A DNA stretch of 63,666 bases, the filler included, from Rhabdomonas costata (lineage: Eukaryota): assembly GCA_019059605.1 (NCBI GenBank). It is 55 parts of 55 records of this genome, joined end to end, with 100 filler letters (N's around TTAATTAATTAA, not from the genome) between each part and the next. Parts side by side here need not be neighbours in the genome. Positions count along the whole stretch, not along the records: positions 1 to 1,060 come from JAHMHO010030799.1; positions 1,161 to 2,220 come from JAHMHO010030800.1; positions 2,321 to 3,380 come from JAHMHO010030801.1; positions 3,481 to 4,540 come from JAHMHO010030802.1; positions 4,641 to 5,700 come from JAHMHO010030803.1; positions 5,801 to 6,860 come from JAHMHO010030804.1; positions 6,961 to 8,020 come from JAHMHO010030805.1; positions 8,121 to 9,180 come from JAHMHO010030806.1; 47 more parts are not named here. The stretch is one strand, 5' to 3'. The translations under genes and the position numbers were made by a program. Positions 1 to 12,000 of the stretch are shown in pieces. How positions within the stretch are numbered: position 1 is the first letter of the stretch; every line of letters starts with the position of its first letter. The notes below the pieces were generated by a model. The model made no database searches and was not told where the DNA came from. It worked only from the letters and a program-made list of their open reading frames with translations.

Positions 1-1060
1 TGCGTTTGTGGTGTGGGTAAGTATGTGGTGGTATTCTGTGCTTCATGTGTGCCTGCGAGTCGAGGGTTGGATGGGTTCGGCATTCTGGGTTCGGGGTCAG
101 GGTGAGGTTTTGGTGGGGTGAGTGAGTGGGTCCTGTGCTTGTGTAGTGCTTGTGTGGTGATTCTGTGGTGCTTTAGTGGGTCAAGGTGGGTTCCGGTGAT
201 GCTTTTGGGGTTCGTGTCAGGTTTCAGTCCTTCTGCATAGGGTGTGTTGCTGGTGCTTCGGGTGGGTGGAGTTCGAGGGTTTGGTGCTTGGGGTCAGAGG
301 TTGGATTGGGTTCTGTGTCGGTAGTGCTTGGTGAGTGCTTGGTGAGGGTGGCATTCGGTGTCAGGGTTCGGTGTCAGGGTTCGGTGTCGGGATTCGGTTT
401 GTGCGTTGGCGGTGCTGGTATACGTGTACATGCATGGGTTCGTAGTGGGGCTAGGGTTCGTTGTTGTTTCCGTTTCCGTAGCCTAGTGTGTTTTTTCGTA
501 GTTCCATCCTATCCGGCTTTGCGCTTCTAAGGGTTTGTGTGCCTTTGTATCTGCTGCTGTCATGGTAGCCTTGTGTCTGGGTGGACTTCGGGTGTCGGTG
601 GGTGTGCTTTGTGTCGTCGGTCTCGTTGGCTATGTTGGTGTGGATAGTTTGGGGCTGGGTGTGGGTGTTGGTATTGGCGTTGTTGGTGTGTCGGCCTTCC
701 TTACGTGTGTACGTGCGTGCTTTCTTATTCTTATGGTAGGTGTAGTAGGTGTAGTAGGGTGTGTCTGTCTCTGTAACCATGCCGAGTCTCTGTTGGGTCC
801 TGGTCTGTACATAGGTGCTGTTGGTGTCCCTGGGCTGTTTGCGTTGGGTGTGTCTTGATGGTGGGGTTGGGTCCAACCACGGCCACGGGGGCCCCGGTGG
901 GTTGGCGGGCCCTTGCGGATTGCTCCCTCCCCTGCTGCGCCTGGTGCTGGTCTCCGTCGCCCTGTGGGCCCTCTCCCGTCGAGCCCCCAACCGCCTCCTT
1001 CACGCCCTCCACGGCAACACCCGCGGTGGACGCCACAACCCACCCCAAACACACCAACAC

Positions 1061-1160
1061 NNNNNNNNNNNNNNNNNNNNNNNNNNNNNNNNNNNNNNNN
1101 NNNNTTAATTAATTAANNNNNNNNNNNNNNNNNNNNNNNNNNNNNNNNNNNNNNNNNNNN
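1061..1160. other. Artificial contig linker (N44-TTAATTAATTAA-N44), recurring about every 1.16 kb through the window (54 copies)
   Basis: An identical 100-nt block with a six-frame stop core separates compositionally unrelated segments of about 1.06 kb. Confidence 0.99.
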
Positions 1161-4100
1161 AGGTACCTGGGAATCGCCGGGTCTGAGCTCTGTTTCCGGG
1201 CAGGACCTGCGACAGGAAGACCCTGTGCAAGCGCAACCGAACTTGAACTCCTCCATGTATTTGCTGCTACCTTCTAGGCCAACTGATCTGGGGATAGGGT
1301 CACGTGTCAGGTGAAAAGCTTATTATAGTGCCCTTATTCTCCCAAGGTTTCGTCATAGATGCTCGGCGCCCACATGTAACGAACCGCACTGCCTCAACAT
1401 TTCCGCTCACCACCCCGTGTCAGAATGGATAAGTAAGACAAGCCCGCTATCAAAGCAGATGTCACTGTTAATAAACCACCACCAATCAGCGTCCCTATGC
1501 ACCAGTGTAGTGGCATATGGTGGGCAGCAAAGGCATTCTCTCTCTCTCTCTCTTTTTTACTGGAGTGGGGCCTCAGAACAGCTACTGAGGACAAATAATC
1601 GGGACTTTGCGGAACAGGATAGATGGGAACCGACCATACCCAAGTACTCAATACTCAATCCACTGTTTCAGACCGCAGATCATAGTAAATCCCTTGCCCC
1701 CCCCCTCCCTCCTCCCCGCATCGGCGATTCAACATAAATAATACTTGCGAATGGGAAGATCTGGCAATTCTGAACCCTCGGGCTGCATCGCCAAATAATT
1801 AACACTGAGTTGCCATTCAGCAAAAAAAAAAAAACAGAAGCTGACAATGAGAAGATGAGCCACGGGGAGAAAGAAGCGAGGACACGTAATCAGTTTGTTC
1901 GTATCAGTGCGGGTGTCGGTCTCAGCACACTTCTGCTGCACTATGCTCCTGAGCGCAAACTAAGCCCTTGAAGCTCTATTGTCATCCTCATGTGGAAGAG
2001 ATCAAAGATAAACTCGGCGCAGTGAAAACACTTGCTGGAGTAATCCTTGTGGTCCCGGATAAATCTTTCTCCAAGAACGCGCAATTGGCTGGTGCCGTGG
2101 CTCTCTTCTCTTCTTGTTTGCACTATCACATAGCAGTTAACACAGAAATCGTTACTGACCAAAAAGAAACTCAAGTTCCAGACAGGCGGTGAAACGGGCC
2201 ACGCTTATGAACCCAAAACCNNNNNNNNNNNNNNNNNNNNNNNNNNNNNNNNNNNNNNNNNNNNTTAATTAATTAANNNNNNNNNNNNNNNNNNNNNNNN
2301 NNNNNNNNNNNNNNNNNNNNGTGGTGTTTCGATTTTCCGTTGAATGGGATCTTTTCTTCTGTGTACGTTTTTCTATGACCCATTCAATCGTTATTTTTGC
2401 TTTTCTCTCTTTGTAAGCACGGTGTTGCACCACTTTAATTCTGTGGTGATGCCTTTCTGTCTCTGTTCTTTTATGTGTTTAGCATGGGGATTTTTGCCCC
2501 AGAAGTTTTTGTCAGTTGCCGAGTCTCTTCCGCCCGTGTGCGTGTGTGCGTGCCCTATGGGCCGATGGTTTCCGGAGGCGGACGTTTCTTGGCTGGGCAT
2601 ATCTCTAATGGCAACGTACTTTGAATCCGTCTGAGACGGTACCTTCAAGCTACTTCGAAGTTGTCTCAGGATATCGTTCGAACGGTGTGTGCTTCAGTGC
2701 AGAGGAGGCGCTCTTTTGGGTTCTGCTCGTCGCTTGTTGGTCTCCGTTGTCTTAACTCTTTCCCTGGTCTTATGGGCTCATGGCCTCAATCCTGCTGCAG
2801 ATAAACCGTAGCTTGTCCCACGGCATTTGGTTGTGAGCCCCAGAGAACTTCCGTGGATGCGCTACAGTCCCCCCTCCCAAAGGATGGAGTGTGCCGCTGT
2901 CTTGTAAAACTGTTGAGGGGCAAGACGTCGTGCGTTTTCGAACCCGCAAATAAGACACGGTACACTGTAAATTCAGGCCCGAATGAAAAAACGGGGATGT
3001 TGTTTTTTTGGAGCGTTCTAGTTTCCAAGTCTTGGTTGTAGTTGATTGCGTGCCACAGACCCAACGTGCATGTATTATCGTTATGAATGCATGCTGTTCC
3101 CCTCATGGCCTTTTTTGCTTTCTATGAGCAGCAACATCTTCTTGTCTGGGCCAGGCAGGCGCAGTTTTTAGGTTGCTGATGCGGTTGGCTGGCTTTTAGG
3201 GAAAGGCAGGGCATCATTATGTAGGATTTCTCCTTAACGGTCTTCACCGCACAGCCCGCACCTCACCTCTCTTTGATGCCGGGCGTGGTTGTTGAGGTGA
3301 GGTGCGGGCTGTGCGGTGAAGACCGTTAAGGAGAAATCCTACATAATGATGCCCTGCCCTTCCCTAAAAGCCAACCAACCNNNNNNNNNNNNNNNNNNNN
3401 NNNNNNNNNNNNNNNNNNNNNNNNTTAATTAATTAANNNNNNNNNNNNNNNNNNNNNNNNNNNNNNNNNNNNNNNNNNNNGTTGTGGGGTAGTTACAGGT
3501 AACCGCTAACAGTAATCTTCCGAAGAGCCACCCCGACTGCACCCAAACGCCACACACACCGCCATCGTCAGCCCTTGAGTGAATCTGCGCAGGTACGAGC
3601 GCAAGTGGCGTTTGGGTGCAGTCGGGGTGGCTCTTCGGAAGATTACTGTTAGCGGTTACCTGTAACTACGCCACAACTCCTGTTCTCTGTCTTTGTACAG
3701 CCCTTCACCACCATCCGCCTCTGCGCGCTCATCGAACTTCGATATTGGTATCTCCCTCGACCGCGTAGCGCTGCCCAAGTGTCGGAAGTGCCGCATCCGA
3801 GAACGCCCCTTTGGGTATGGATCTAAATGGGGATTCGTGAGAATCACGGAATTTAGATTCCCTTTTTTCAATGAAGCATAAAGGGGTCTTGAGCAAAAAA
3901 AACGCTATCTGGTAAGCGGGCACTGCGCGCACAACCGCTGTACCGCTGCAGAACATCCAACGACATTGGGCTACTGCACGGGTTCCCAGGAGGGAAAATG
4001 GATGCAGAGGGAGTTAGCTTCTGGTCAGTGTTGATAGTCACAGCATACCCTCGATCCGCTGCTTCAGGATGCACCCCGCGAGGAACTCCAGGTTGGTGCT

Positions 4101-4645
4101 CAGCAGTACGCAGGGCTTCTCCTGTGACTGTGGTTGCGGCGGGCACTGGGACGGCTGGGGCGGAGGGGGCGGCGCAGAAGGCGCATCAATGTCTTCCTCA
4201 TCAGAGTCCGCAACTGCGAAGACAGCACCACCCCAACTTCGCCTAAACAGTTCATCAGCATACCCGCGGCGGCTTCCTCGGCCTCTCCTTTGGCCAATGC
4301 CATTTGTCTAGAGCTGCCTCCTATAAACTTTCCATCTCGTACACCCACTATTCATGCCCAACAGAGAAAAGGAAAAGGAAGAGGAGGCAAACCCGAGAAT
4401 GTGGGTGCAGCGACTGGAAAGGGCATGAAATTCAAAGCGCTAGGCGCATAGCTAAGGTAACCGAACAGTTTAACCAACTGCAGTGAGGAGGCGGCAGAAG
4501 AGAGGAGAATGACGATAATCGATGAGTGGAGAAGCGGAATNNNNNNNNNNNNNNNNNNNNNNNNNNNNNNNNNNNNNNNNNNNNTTAATTAATTAANNNN
4601 NNNNNNNNNNNNNNNNNNNNNNNNNNNNNNNNNNNNNNNNTTGAT

Positions 4646-5692
4646 TCACGACACCCACACCTGCCTGAGCCCCTGGGCACAGGAGTTGTTTTCATATGGC
4701 CCCAAAACCAGCTGGTTGAGCACAAACACCTGGTCCATGTAGACCTGGTTCATGAACGATTCTCGGCTTATCATCTGACTCGCCAGCTCCCTCCTCAAAA
4801 CCGTAAGGGTAAACAACGTGTTTGTATACCCTTCCATCGACGAGATGCTCGGGGCTGTGCCAGGAAAAGCAGCGGACATGGCCGCGATGTGGCGCCTCAC
4901 CAGGGGATGTGCCGTGTCCGTTATCAGCGGCATGATCTGGGTAACATAGACATTTGCAGTGTTCCAATTCAGTAGCGCGGGAAAGTCGCTTCCGCCCACA
5001 ATGGATAGACACGCATAAATTGTGCTTGACGGCAAAACAGCCCGTGCCGCATTGATGAACGCCGCGGCCTGGGGCCCTCCAGCCCACACCACAACAGCCT
5101 CGGGAACCTTGGGACAGGCATCCGCCACAATTTGTTGCAAGCCGGGCCCGACGAGCAACGTCACGCCAGAGCTATAGCTTCCGTTGCTGAGCAACCCCAT
5201 ACCCACCGCCCGCAGCGCCGCGGTGAGGGCAGCTATTCCCTCCGCCCCAAAAGCATCGTCCTGATAAAACAGCGACAACCGCGTCAGTCCCAGCTGAGAG
5301 GTAAGGTACTTCACCAAGGCGTTGGTCTCGTCCATGTACCCCGCACGCAACAGCACGCAGTATGGCTTGTATGGAACACGCAACGAAATAGTCCCAGCCG
5401 TTGGGGAGATGAGCGGAACCCCCGCAGGTACGCTGACCGACACAGCGGACATGGAGGCACCCGTGCCCATCCATCCAAGCAGTGCGAAAACCCCCACCCG
5501 TAAAAGACCCTTCCCGTTTGCAAGCGCCTGGGTTCCCACATAACCGTCGTCGAGGGAGAGCAGGTGAAACCGGTATCCGTTGATCCCTCCGGCCTTGTTC
5601 TGCTCTGCAATTGCGGAGAGAATCCCTTTTTGCAGCCGCGGCCCCGTGATGCCATTCACACCAGTGAAGGCAGCGGATTGGCCAAAAACCAC
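4646..5692 (-). CDS. Type I periplasmic-binding-protein (Peripla_BP_6/LivJ-like) domain, probably the ectodomain of a euglenozoan receptor-type adenylate cyclase; partial at both ends
   Basis: 348-aa open frame with FGQSAAFTG...NKAGGINGY...LDDGY, LRAGYMDE, LFYQDDAFG and SSMEGY motifs. The C-terminus FMNQVY...LVLGPY...CAQGLRQVWV resembles the DLVIGDFGGEC..CNQGGR end of trypanosomatid cyclase ectodomains. Confidence 0.8.
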   Translation of the reverse strand: MVFGQSAAFTGVNGITGPRLQKGILSAIAEQNKAGGINGYRFHLLSLDDGYVGTQALANGKGLLRVGVFALLGWMGTGASMSAVSVSVPAGVPLISPTAGTISLRVPYKPYCVLLRAGYMDETNALVKYLTSQLGLTRLSLFYQDDAFGAEGIAALTAALRAVGMGLLSNGSYSSGVTLLVGPGLQQIVADACPKVPEAVVVWAGGPQAAAFINAARAVLPSSTIYACLSIVGGSDFPALLNWNTANVYVTQIMPLITDTAHPLVRRHIAAMSAAFPGTAPSISSMEGYTNTLFTLTVLRRELASQMISRESFMNQVYMDQVFVLNQLVLGPYENNSCAQGLRQVWVS

Positions 5693-5913
5693 AACAAAAC
5701 NNNNNNNNNNNNNNNNNNNNNNNNNNNNNNNNNNNNNNNNNNNNTTAATTAATTAANNNNNNNNNNNNNNNNNNNNNNNNNNNNNNNNNNNNNNNNNNNN
5801 TGTGGTGTGTTGAAGTCTTGAAATTCGTCGATTACTACCCGCCTATTATGATATAATAATAATACAGTTGTGTTAATTGTGTATTGTTCATTATTAAATA
5901 TATCATCATATAT

Positions 5914-6309
5914 TTAATAAAAAAATAAGTATATTTTACCAATTTCTACCTGGAATATCACCAGATTGTACATAAGAAATATTATTAGGTATGTTATTAA
6001 TGCTACATAATTAGTAGCATAACTTAACGTACGTGTATTATCAGATAAATGTAATTGTGCGGCATCACGAACATTTACACTAAATGTATTACCGTTTTTT
6101 GTAATTAATTCATCATTATTCATAGTTGTAGTACCTGTTATTGTTGTATTACCTGTTACAGATAAATCACCAGTAATGTTTAAATTTGATAAATTTACAG
6201 TACCGCCTCTTGCTATAGAAATTTAATTATCAATAGCTTGTTTATCACTATCATCATTTAAATTATTTTTGAAATTATTACATGATAGACTTATATTCTT
6301 ATCTGATCT
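5914..6309 (-). pseudogene. AT-rich virus-like ORF remnant (structural or fibre-like) with an in-frame TAA at 6223-6225
   Basis: Manual translation: SDKQAIDN*ISIARGGTVNLSNLNITGDLSVTGNTTITGTTTMNNDELITKNG. The DNA is very AT-rich and intronless, unlike host exons. Confidence 0.4.
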
Positions 6310-6508
6310 TTAACACACAAAAACATAAGTTCTCGCAGTAGCACACAGTAGCAGAGGCACAGAGGATATAAGCACGGCACAGGCCAAAGGCAAAAGAAAT
6401 CGTCGAATCGTGGGAAGAATATATACAATCTTCCTCTATATACAGTACATGGTGACTACAGAATACAGTACATACTACAAAAGTACCTACTGACCATACT
6501 CGGTCAAG

Positions 6509-6805
6509 TTACAGCACAGGGCCAACACGTGCGAAGATCCCACACGTGGCACAGTAGTACTCGTGTTGGGACACATGTCGCATCTCCTGGTCGCATCCAA
6601 AGCATTTCTCGACGGGCATCACGACAGGCATCTGGACAGGCATCTCACTGGGCATCTCGTTGGGCATTTCGCCGGGCATTTCGCCGGGCATCTCACCGGA
6701 CATCTCGTTGGGCATCTCGCCGGGCATTTCGTCGGGCATCTTCTTAAGAACGATCTTCTCGCTGAACTGGTGTTTCATGATCGAAATGAACTCATTCGTG
6801 TTCAT
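6509..6805 (-). CDS. Small protein with (E/Q)MP(G/N/S/V) tetrapeptide repeats and a C-terminal CxxC...CxxC zinc ribbon
   Basis: Complete ATG-to-TAA 98-aa ORF. About 11 copies of a 12-nt unit encode the repeats, followed by CFGC...CATC. Confidence 0.55.
   Translation of the reverse strand: MNTNEFISIMKHQFSEKIVLKKMPDEMPGEMPNEMSGEMPGEMPGEMPNEMPSEMPVQMPVVMPVEKCFGCDQEMRHVSQHEYYCATCGIFARVGPVL
6614..6740. repeat. 12-nt tandem repeat (GGGCAT[CT]TCGCC-like)
   Basis: The repeated ggcat(c/t)tc units are directly visible. Confidence 0.9.
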
Positions 6806-8859
6806 CTCCCTCTCCCTTATTAAAGCTTTGATAATTAGCTAAAGCTTTCAAACCAACACANNNNNNNNNNNNNNNNNNNNNNNNNNNNNNNNNNNNNNNN
6901 NNNNTTAATTAATTAANNNNNNNNNNNNNNNNNNNNNNNNNNNNNNNNNNNNNNNNNNNNGTTGTTTTGTGAAGTCAAAAACTCGTCAGACTTAATGAAT
7001 TTTCGCTCAAGTGTCTATTCTCCGGCTCTCTGCATATGCTCGCCCGCCTGGGAAATTTTTTGCGAGCGAGTCGGGCATTCTCTTCGGACCTGCTTCTGAC
7101 CGGAGTGAGTCGGACCTGTTTCTGTCTCTCTCTGCTTTTCCTTTCCCTCTAAGTGTGGTCCTTGTTCTCTGCGACGAGCGCCCCGAAGCCCGAACCACCG
7201 CGGACCTGGAGGTGGTGAAGCAGGCTCGTGCCGCGGCGCCCTCCCTCAGCTTCTCTGCGATCAAGGTGGGGGTGCCATCTGCGAGCGGGACGTGTGTTTG
7301 TGTCGGTTGGTTGGGCGCCCATCATACGCGTTTCTAATGCGCCCGTTAGGTTTTTTGTATCAGTGCCCAACAGAAGAGGAAAGGGGTGGTCATTCCCTTT
7401 GGAGCGATCAGAAGTCCATGTGGGGTCTTCTGTCCCATCTTTACCAGTGCTTGTCATCAACACCACTTCCCCTGCACCCATTGAACCGCGTGAGTCTGAA
7501 GGCTGTGCCATGGCTTCTTTTGAACCCAGAGCAACCTTAACCCGCCACCAGAGGGCGGCTTCACCCGCCCTCTCCGGCCCCTTTCTACCCCTCACTGCCA
7601 TACCCTTTTGTGGGCTGTTTTCCGCTGAACTCTGCGAAAATGATTGGCTCCAGGCTGCCGTTCAAAGTGCTTTTCCCAGCGCCTGGGGCATAGGCAGGCC
7701 ATAGGGCCTTTGAGGGGTTTCGGTTACAAAAGCACCCTAGTAATCTATGGTCCACTCGGCCTATAGACCGGCCTCAAGTGGCCGCTGACCGGCACCATTG
7801 GACAGCCCGCCCCCACTCAAGTGAGGGGCGGTCCCACACATAGCAGGGCCGAAGAGCCCCAGAGACCCAAATATTAGCTGTTGCCTTGAGTCCTGTGCAA
7901 CACGTCAAGCCAAGCTCGTCAGGCGCCGCTGAGCCCGTCGCGGATGTATGCAGTATGCGCATGGGCAGTTTATACGCCATGGGGGGGGGTACCACAACAC
8001 CCCAAACACACACAAACACANNNNNNNNNNNNNNNNNNNNNNNNNNNNNNNNNNNNNNNNNNNNTTAATTAATTAANNNNNNNNNNNNNNNNNNNNNNNN
8101 NNNNNNNNNNNNNNNNNNNNGGGGTTTTGGGCTTCGAGCCACGGTCGCATATTTGAAGCATGATTCGGGCAGAAGTGTTCTTTTTGCCCTTGGGGTCACC
8201 CCACGGGAACACAGTGTTTGCTCGGTAAGGGCACAAAGGTGCCATTGATTTAGTAACTGAGTGTTGTTGTTGCTGGGTCGTGTCACCCTCACTCGATGAC
8301 AAAATTGAGGAAGAAGTAGGGCAGCAATAAATCTAAGGTACGGTGCAGAGATTACCCATTACCGGGAATTACCGGGAATTACCGGGCATCGTCTACTGCG
8401 AAGATATGGATCTCCATAAGCGACGCTTTAATTTCCGTTCCACTTCTGTTTCCATTTTTGGGACCCTGTTCTCCTGCTGTTTTTGATATACTTGGGAGCC
8501 GGGTCTGTTTTTTCCGCAGATGCTCCTCTGCGGTACCCCAACCAGCCCGAGCTCACCACTGGCCTCTGGAATGCCATTCGCAAGGCTGCCCGAGAGACAG
8601 GGGTGTGTCCCTCACCTCCGCTTATCTGTATGTAATGTTAGAAAACCCTTTTTATGTTTGCTTTGTGTATGTCTAGGTTTATGGCAGCGGCTTCAGGAAG
8701 GGCATGGGAAAAGTGGAGGAGAGATTGACAGAAGCATGCTCAACACGGACGTCAGTGTTCACAGTCTCGTCTGCTCGCAGTGCTCCACATTCGCTTCCGC
8801 TGATTCCACACACATAAACACAAGCACCTACGCACGCACGCATCATCGTCGCTTTTCAG

Positions 8860-9049
8860 GTGCGGGTGATTGGGCCGGGCAGTGTGGGGGTGCTGACGCC
8901 CAGCCTGGGGCTGAACGCCAGCAACATCCCCGGCACCCTGACTCAGCCAGGCAGCGTGGCATTCATCTCGCAGTCCGCCACCGTCTGTAGCGCCGTGTTG
9001 GACTGGGCCGCGGACCGCAACATCGGCTTCTCTCACTTCGTCTCCCTGG
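8860..9049 (+). CDS. Exon of an ADP-forming acyl-CoA synthetase / PatZ(YfiQ)-like protein (CoA-binding to ligase region)
   Basis: VRVIGPGSVGVLTPSLGLNAS...AFISQSATVCSAVLDWAADRNIGFSHFVSLG matches the GPN..G / AFISQS / LDWA / GFS.F.SLG signature. The exon is flanked by ttttcag| and |gtgcct. Confidence 0.85.
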
Positions 9050-12000
9050 GTGCCTCACCCCCTCCTCTCTCCTTCGTCAGCCCCGAACCTCCCCTCCGAC
9101 CGACATCAGTCCCATTCTGAACCTGCTCCGAGACGATCGTTGGGGGCAAGCGCTCTGAAATCACCATGCCACCCCACAAANNNNNNNNNNNNNNNNNNNN
9201 NNNNNNNNNNNNNNNNNNNNNNNNTTAATTAATTAANNNNNNNNNNNNNNNNNNNNNNNNNNNNNNNNNNNNNNNNNNNNTGTGTTTTTGTTGAGCTGTA
9301 GAGGCCGCCAGGCTGTGGCGTACCCCATTCGCAAAATCTGGTGCTTGTTCGGTGGGCGATTGTTTTTCTCACGTTTCGAACTTCGAGCTTTTTTCGGCAC
9401 ATCTATGAACGCTGTTATATTCTGATTTGTACACCTGTGACTATGCATTTGATTGTGCAGGAAAAGTTTGGATGGCGTTCAGAAAGCAATTTTCTTCTTT
9501 CTGCTGTTTCCAAAGAAGGTGGAGATGAGTGCCGCTTTTCCCTATTCGCTAGAACGAAGGTAATTCAGATCGTGCAGTGACCTTTCGCTTAAATTTCCTG
9601 CAATGAATGGTTCAGGGCGATTCGGAAGAAATGCGGGAGGCGTGGTAGGCTTTTGCAGTTTCGGCGAAATCAGCTCTTTGTTTTATCCAGGTGGTGCTGC
9701 AAAAAGTAACGACGGTTGCACGGATGTTGTTGTTCCAGCAAGCACTGATATCACTCCTGCCTCACCCCAATGGTGGAGGACGCGGTGGGCGACTGTCAGT
9801 TCAGCTGTTGCCAGGGCCGTATTCCAACCGACGCCACACCCAAAACAACGGGACCACACGGGTCCCTGGAGGTTGACACAATCATCCGCGACCGTCTCGC
9901 AACGCAAGCGCCGTCTTCCTTGCCGAAGTGCGACGGGTCCGCCAGATAGCTGGCGTAACCCTGGACCTGGAACTGCGCAACACTGACATCCGCCACCGCC
10001 CCGTCCTCCTCATAGAGGCCTGGCTTGGCATCTGCGGAGTGTGTTCGTTCTCTTCTGGAATATAAAACCTGGCATATCAAACAAGCCAGAAATGTATATC
10101 TCATACATTTTTACACCTTGAAAGTGCTCCGCACTTTGATCTCGTCAATCGTCAGCCCCGGGAACGGCCATCAGCCGTTTCCCGTCTTGAAATACTGCAG
10201 GCCTCAGTGCCCTTCTTTTTACTTTTCCTTTCGACCTTTGTGTCCTGGTAGCAACCCCGCTATCGCCAGTCATTTAGTTTTACCCTTTCGTGGAAATTTA
10301 TATCAAAGACAATGGCTTTGATATAAATTTCCACAAAACCNNNNNNNNNNNNNNNNNNNNNNNNNNNNNNNNNNNNNNNNNNNNTTAATTAATTAANNNN
10401 NNNNNNNNNNNNNNNNNNNNNNNNNNNNNNNNNNNNNNNNGTGTGTGTGTGGCACATAAGGTTTAAACTCCTTCGGTTTACGAATGCTCTTGGACTTGGA
10501 GGTTGGTGGATTTGTTGGTTTATATGAGCGTGGTAAGGCCTGGTGCGAAGAATATTTCGACGGGTACTCTGTCTGCGGCGTCTGCCCGGATGTCAAGGTC
10601 TACTGTCCGCGTCCCGGCGTCTCGCCTGCCGTGGTTGCTCCGAACTGAATGGGGTGTCAGTCCGTTGCCTGATTAGCTTTGCCGAATGGTGCAACCTCGA
10701 AGTATTTCCGGTGTGGTGGCTGTGTGTTGTGGAATGTGATTCTGTGTCAGGAGTTTCACAAGCCCGGAAGCCGGGGCCCTCCATGGGATATTGGTGGCAG
10801 GGGTGTGATTAAACATATGGAGTTTGAAATTCCAAGGTGCCCGACGGCTCCTCTCCCGTCTGTTTGACCCATTTGGGGCATTCCGAGTTGGTAATGGTTA
10901 TGCGCCGAAATTTCGACAGAATGCGTTCCACCATAAAATTGACCACTATGTGCGGTGGGGTGTGGCCTAGAGGACCTCACGTGGCGTTCCCCATGGGGTC
11001 ATTGTACTGATTTGTGGTGGTTTCTTCGATTTCCACTTCATCCAAAACATCAAAATTTGGCAGTGTGTAAACATCGAAAATTTACCCCTTCAAATTAGTG
11101 ACAGGATAAGCGAATCATAGTGTTCCGGCTCCATTTTGTGATGGGAATCCTGAAACGATGGGCGCGTGTGAAGAGATTTTTGTATGCAAACGAGGAACAG
11201 AACGAGATAAAGAGAAAGGCGGTGGCGTGGAGTTGGTTTGTGTGACTGATTGATGATGTCTGGTTTCTGTGTGTGGGGGTTGGGAGATTGTGGAGTGGGA
11301 GAGGATGTGGTCTGGGCGGCAGGTGGGAACGCCTCACTGCGCTGTCGCCATCGCTTTTGTCGTACTAGTCGAAGAAGTCCACCAGCTTAAACAATACAGA
11401 AGGTGAACCCGAGAGCCGGTCACCATTGGACAAGTCGACTTACGGCGAGTTCCAGCATCTTGCCACACCAGCAAATCTTTCGGCGCGCATTGGCGCGGCT
11501 NNNNNNNNNNNNNNNNNNNNNNNNNNNNNNNNNNNNNNNNNNNNTTAATTAATTAANNNNNNNNNNNNNNNNNNNNNNNNNNNNNNNNNNNNNNNNNNNN
11601 TGTGTTTTTTTGATGTAGACATATCCGCAACACACCCCATGGCTTTATAACACCTCTGCCAAATATGTGGTGATGGACATACATGTGTTTCAAACTACGT
11701 CAACATCAAAAAAATGTGCCATACACATCTTTGAAATACACTTGTTTGTCTTAACAAAGCACTTTGCGCACAACAAACGGTGTAAGTAAGCTAATAAAGG
11801 TGATAAAAACACACAATACTAAGACTATTTGATGTGGATGCATATGCGGTGTACAGGCGGTAAGTTAGAATTGGGTATTGGAGTTTTTGTATTTTTTGTA
11901 AATTTGATCAGAGACCTGCCACTGAAAGTGCAGCCACATGAAGTCATTTTGGTTTACAACTTCCATGCCATAATAATTGGATTGATATTTCTACACTTTT

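Noticed and set aside
186..1060. Several 100-180 aa ORFs rich in V/G/C or T/H/P (also 12231-12712 and 23227-23524)
   Set aside because: They are by-products of G/T-skewed low-complexity DNA that lacks stop codons, with no recognisable motifs.
3183..3677. Long hairpins at contig ends as MITEs, miRNA precursors or hairpin telomeres
   Set aside because: They are always terminal, copy arbitrary sequence (including coding DNA at 62608-62859) and end in G/T primer-like mismatches, so amplification fold-back is the better explanation.
6223..6225. In-frame TAA as evidence for an alternative genetic code
   Set aside because: It is a single instance. Other AT-rich ORFs have long TAA-free frames and the RING ORF ends in TAA.
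7001..7024. Resemblance to the Euglena spliced leader (AGTGTCTATT core)
   Set aside because: Only about 10 nt match, which is plausible by chance in this much sequence. No GT donor or SL RNA structure follows.
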